A stretch of 64,000 nucleotides of DNA, taken from Minutocellus sp. GHC0000111 (taxonomy: Eukaryota). A program made the position numbers and the translations under genes. Each line of letters starts with the position of its first letter. Within the stretch, counting starts at the first letter, position 1. The notes beneath the pieces were generated by a model. It was not told the origin of the DNA. It did no database searches and was given only the letters and a program-made list of their open reading frames with translations. The DNA is taken from assembly GCA_977018835.1 (NCBI GenBank), contig OZ361256.1, forward strand, positions 372,001 to 436,000. The letters run 5' to 3'. Shown in pieces: positions 60,135 through 64,000 of this stretch.

Positions 60135-61030
60135 TTTGTAATAGTGGAACTGGGTGCATGAAGCCTATATTTACACCTCCTCCTCGTTCTATTTTTTTTA
60201 GAAATCAGCAACCTGACGAATTTTTTCAGCTCATCCTTGGTGATCAATTCTCTTCCCGGCACGGGTCTATCGGCATCTACCAAACGTTTGAGGGCATTAA
60301 AAGCATCTTCGTCGCCAGCTTCGGCAGCAATCTTCCAATGGCGTATTCCCACCTCGTGATTTTCCAAATCTTTGTACTCATGCATGCCGAGGAGATAACG
60401 GGCTGCGAGATCTCCCCTGGCAGTTGCTATACGAGTGAACAAATCTTCTCTCTCTTTGCTACGGGGCGGGAAGCCGTATTTTCCATTGTACCCCAGAGCG
60501 ACAATCATGCATGCTTCCGCAGAACCAAGTTCGGCAGCCTCGATGAGAAAGTGATATCCGGTCATTTCATCCTTGCTGACTCCAAATGCTCCGCTGAGCA
60601 AGAACAGGCCCAGGGAGAACATTGTCAGGTGGTCATTCAGATGCACGCGTGCCACCATCCTCCGAAACAGCTCACCGTCGTCTTGGGGTTCCGGTTCGCG
60701 GCAGAACGGACAGGAACGGACTATCGGCTTCCTGTTGGCCTTTCCAGCATTCTTCTCATTCTGCTTCTTAATGAACGCATCATGCCCTTCCAAGCACTTT
60801 CTACAGATTTGATTTCCACAGCACGATTGAAACGATCTCCTCTCCTTTCTTCTGGAAAGTGGTTCGAGACAAATGGCGCAGTCCCCGATCGGCGGCAGCG
60901 GAGCGAAGAGATCGGCGCCTTCCAATTCCCCCTCGAGCTTCTTGGACAGAGCATCCAGCATTTTGCTAATGTCCTTTGGCGTCAGCTTCTTGTCAATTCC
61001 GGCCTGCGCTTTCTTACCCTTCTTGCCCAT
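60029..61030 (-). CDS. RING finger + Sel1-like repeat protein
   Basis: MGKKGKK start; DCAICLEPL...CCGNQICRKC...CPFCR is a RING; Sel1 repeats EAAELGSAEA and KIAAEAGDEDA. The true 3' end is uncertain because of an A-run near 60195 and overlap with the neighbouring gene. Confidence 0.8.
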   Translation of the reverse strand: MGKKGKKAQAGIDKKLTPKDISKMLDALSKKLEGELEGADLFAPLPPIGDCAICLEPLSRRKERRSFQSCCGNQICRKCLEGHDAFIKKQNEKNAGKANRKPIVRSCPFCREPEPQDDGELFRRMVARVHLNDHLTMFSLGLFLLSGAFGVSKDEMTGYHFLIEAAELGSAEACMIVALGYNGKYGFPPRSKEREDLFTRIATARGDLAARYLLGMHEYKDLENHEVGIRHWKIAAEAGDEDAFNALKRLVDADRPVPGRELITKDELKKFVRLLISKKNRTRRRCKYRLHAPSSTITNQYLSSIDSMCMCLALASSIVSFPSRNRRPICPVA

Positions 61031-61413
61031 GCTGTTCCAAAGTGGTGGAGTAAACTCCAATCCAAGAAGCTGGTTGGAGTTGCCACGGGGCGAAAGTAGA
61101 GATGTCGGTCGACAGGGTGGTTTCGGATGTGCCGGCACTACATACATGCACAATTGCACGAAAAATGTTCAAGAGGATACTGCAAAGAGAGACAATGTTA
61201 CAACGACACACGATAGATAGCGTAAGGTCCATTCCATATCAACGCATTCGTTCAGTTCTGAAAACTCGCGCACCGCACGTGTATTCCTTTGCTCTCTGAC
61301 ACAAACCAATCGAGGCAATGTCGAGCTAGTTGAGAATCGTGAGAGACAGTGAATGCAGTGGCATCTTCCCTTGCAAAATAGAAATATTGGGCCAAATACC
61401 AAGGCAAAACCGG

Positions 61414-61484
61414 GCACCGTGGAAAGAACCGGAAAAAAATTGGCATCGTGGAAAGATCTGTCCTTTCCTTGCACCGTGGAAAGA
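61414..61484. repeat. Three copies of the 14-bp motif GCAYCGTGGAAAGA with ~29-bp period
   Basis: Copies start at 61414, 61443 and 61471, between two divergently transcribed genes. Confidence 0.8.
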
Positions 61485-61756
61485 CCATGCCATCCGACAA
61501 GGCGAAGCAACATGGCCCAGCACTTCTCCCCTTGCGCTATGGAGGGATTGGTCCTAACGTCCTAACATATTCAAGACGACATTGCCGCTGAAAGTTTTCG
61601 AGGCTGGCGCCGACTTGATTTGCATCGACCGAACTGACATTGATCGATAGGCAATTTGTCCGTATCTTTTGCTCTACATTGCAGCAAGGCATAAATAAGT
61701 CGATTGGGCATTCCTCAATCAACCATTCTGAACTGACATTGCCATTGAGTGCCAAA

Positions 61757-62491
61757 ATGGTGAAGAACTGCTGCGCAGCATGTGGCAAATCTGAATGCGA
61801 CACCAAGAAGCTGCTCCAGTGCTCCATATGCCACAAGTCGTCGTACTGCGGTCGTAAGTGCCAAGCGAAAGACTTTGCCACCCACAAATCAACGTGCAAA
61901 GAATATGGGGTACGGAAACTCCTGCAGGCAATTTGCGATAACGACGCAGATAAAGTTCGGCATCTGGCCAAAACCAAGTACATTCTGAATGGCAAGGTTG
62001 ACTATAAGATACCGGGTGAGGAGGGCCCGCGAGCCAACCTCGAGCAGTGGACGGCGTTGCATCAGTGTGTCAGAGAGGAAAAGTGCGACCTTCTTCGCAT
62101 TCTTTGTGCCGCACCGGGAGTCAAGCTGGAAATTGCGGATGGCGACGGAGAAACCCCGTTGTTTGTGGCTGCTCAAAATAGCATTGATTCGCTGAAAGTG
62201 CTCATTGAGGCAGGGGCCAATGTGAACCATGTGGCGAAGGATGGATGGACGGCTTTGATGATGGTGGCACGAGATGGGGATTACGACCACGCCGTGCTGC
62301 TCCTCGAGGCCGGGGCCAATGTGCATCTGGGCTGTAATTCTTTCGGGCGAACGTGTATTGGCATGCTTGCAGACATGGCATCGGAGGAATGTGCCGCAGA
62401 TTGGGGCATTCGTAAGTATGAAGGGGAGACTGATAAGGAGGCCATTGCCAGAAATAGGCGTATGCTGTCGTTGCTTGAGCGGTACGCATAA
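61757..62491 (+). CDS. MYND zinc finger + ankyrin-repeat protein, copy 2 (intact)
   Basis: MVKNCCAACGK...CSICHKSSYCGRKCQAKDFATHKSTC followed by ankyrin repeats. Collinear with copy 1 through to MLSLLERY. Confidence 0.9.
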   Translation: MVKNCCAACGKSECDTKKLLQCSICHKSSYCGRKCQAKDFATHKSTCKEYGVRKLLQAICDNDADKVRHLAKTKYILNGKVDYKIPGEEGPRANLEQWTALHQCVREEKCDLLRILCAAPGVKLEIADGDGETPLFVAAQNSIDSLKVLIEAGANVNHVAKDGWTALMMVARDGDYDHAVLLLEAGANVHLGCNSFGRTCIGMLADMASEECAADWGIRKYEGETDKEAIARNRRMLSLLERYA

Positions 62492-62893
62492 GAGAAATTA
62501 CTAAATGCTACACTGACACGACCCTAACCTCTACTCGCGTGGCGGGTTCCGATTCCGGGCCTCGGGCCTCGGGCCTCTCGGCCGTCTCGGCCGTGATTGG
62601 TCCAGGTAGCCGAAGAGAAGGCTCCGGGTGCCTTGTTCGGAGCTCAAAGATGAGGCTCTTGCTGAGCAACGAGATTTGAGCTAGTCTAGATGCATCAATG
62701 ACGCAAGAGTTGATAGACAAGGCACGATCAAGATCAAGAGAAAAGAGAGAGCAGAACGATAGGACGAACGGACTCACTCTTCTTGGTAAAGCAGGAGCTG
62801 CATCGACTGAGAAGAGGATGTCGAGCATCGCTCGTCGATTCAAAAACACAGAGACGTTGGCTGCTGCTACATCTCTAGCTAGAAGCATTCATC

Positions 62894-63557
62894 ATGCCTA
62901 GTAACGTTATCTCCCAGTGGAAGTACTACTTCAGCCCCCATCAGGACGATCCTCACTTTTCCGCGAACTACGTAAACAACCTTGTAATGGACAAGCTCAA
63001 GGACTTCTTTCCGGATGAACTTTTTTGCCACGGACGGAGGACTGTGCCAACGAGCTTGTCAAACGGCCCAACCTTCCCATCCTGTTCGTCGCGAAAAACA
63101 ACAGGCTCAAGGTCGCCTTTCTGCATCGTATCGTCTTAGAGAACGACGTTGATCCCAACCCAGCACTCGTGTCGATTGCCAACTCGGACCACAGAGCCAT
63201 TCCAGTCGAAATGGACCCTGAAGTGCTCTTTGCTCCAGTTGAAGACATTGACGTACCAACAGATTCGGCCCTCACAAAAGTCAAGTCAAGCTCGGACTTA
63301 GGAGGATTGCCCGTTTCGGCCACCACTAAGTTCAAAGGTCGCAATTGCATCGCTGTCCCCCCAGTCATGGCGTTTGCGGTGAGATGAATGCGCTGCTGAC
63401 GACAGCAACAAGCCAGATGAAGCCTTCCTTCCTAGATGTCGTGCATTTTCTCAAATCCTTTGATGATGCGAAGATCGATGAGATGCCAAAAGCGAAGAAG
63501 GCATGCATCCCCGCCCTCCGCTTCATCTGGGCTGCAAGCAAAGAGTTGATCCTGTAA
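62894..63557 (+). pseudogene. Frameshifted, truncated ORF of unknown family, possibly a retroelement ORF1 relic
   Basis: Three overlapping + strand ORFs (62894, 63025, 63345) read as one protein-like sequence (...KFKGRNCIAVPPVMA...FLKSFD...LRFIWAASK). Confidence 0.35.
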
Positions 63558-64000
63558 CTAAGTTCCCCGCTAGGGCCGAGTTGGTCCCATTTTAGGTTAG
63601 GCACTTCATGACATATGAGATTTCGCTAGCACTTTGCTCGCGTTGTCGGACGACGGAAAGACCGTCACTCATAAATTTTTTTCCCGAACGAAGCTCATCA
63701 TGGTGACCCCCGCTCCTGGCCGCTACACATTTGCAAGGTAAGATATGGGCATTTCCGAGGCTAGCCGATACCATTGCGCTACGTTTGCGAAAGTTTCATC
63801 TTGATTGGACTCTTATTGTATGAGAAAATATAATTCAAAACAATCAACCTGTGTTCGAGTACGCGAAAAAGGGCCGCGGATGAGAAGTGATACCGTGAGA
63901 GCCACAGCAGCCCGATCGACCCAGAATTGCAGAGACACACGTCCAAGACATACATGCAAATGTTTATGTGGTTGATTGTTGTATTTTTGATTCGTATCCG

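Noticed and set aside
61414..61484. Mini-CRISPR interpretation of the triple repeat
   Set aside because: Repeats and spacers are only ~14 bp, there are no cas genes, and the context is eukaryotic.

Overview
Eukaryotic nuclear DNA, most likely from a diatom or a closely related ochrophyte. The evidence is GT-AG introns, three genes with a signal peptide plus ASAFAP-like plastid-targeting motif, and MYND-ankyrin, RING-Sel1 and F-box families. Conserved genes recognised: DXS (3 exons), DHH1/DDX6, CUL1 (3 exons), a CHK2-like FHA kinase, a YIP1-family protein, a FEX/CrcB fluoride exporter, a CLC-family channel, a DUF1350 hydrolase and a ~4,600-aa 5-exon TPR protein. Features not evident from the ORF track: a JMJD8-like JmjC gene running off the left edge; a TylF O-methyltransferase and a sulfotransferase in one reading frame split by in-frame stops; a 5-exon secreted protein with ~38 Cys built from same-phase exon modules; two MITE-like elements; a 5'-truncated non-LTR retroelement with an 18-bp TSD; two decayed Chapaev/Transib(RAG1)-type transposase genes; and recurrent intergenic TA-palindrome clusters resembling excision footprints. 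Several 1-nt frameshifts, including two in DHH1, suggest consensus errors, so all pseudogene calls are provisional. Family assignments come from motif recognition by eye; no searches were run.
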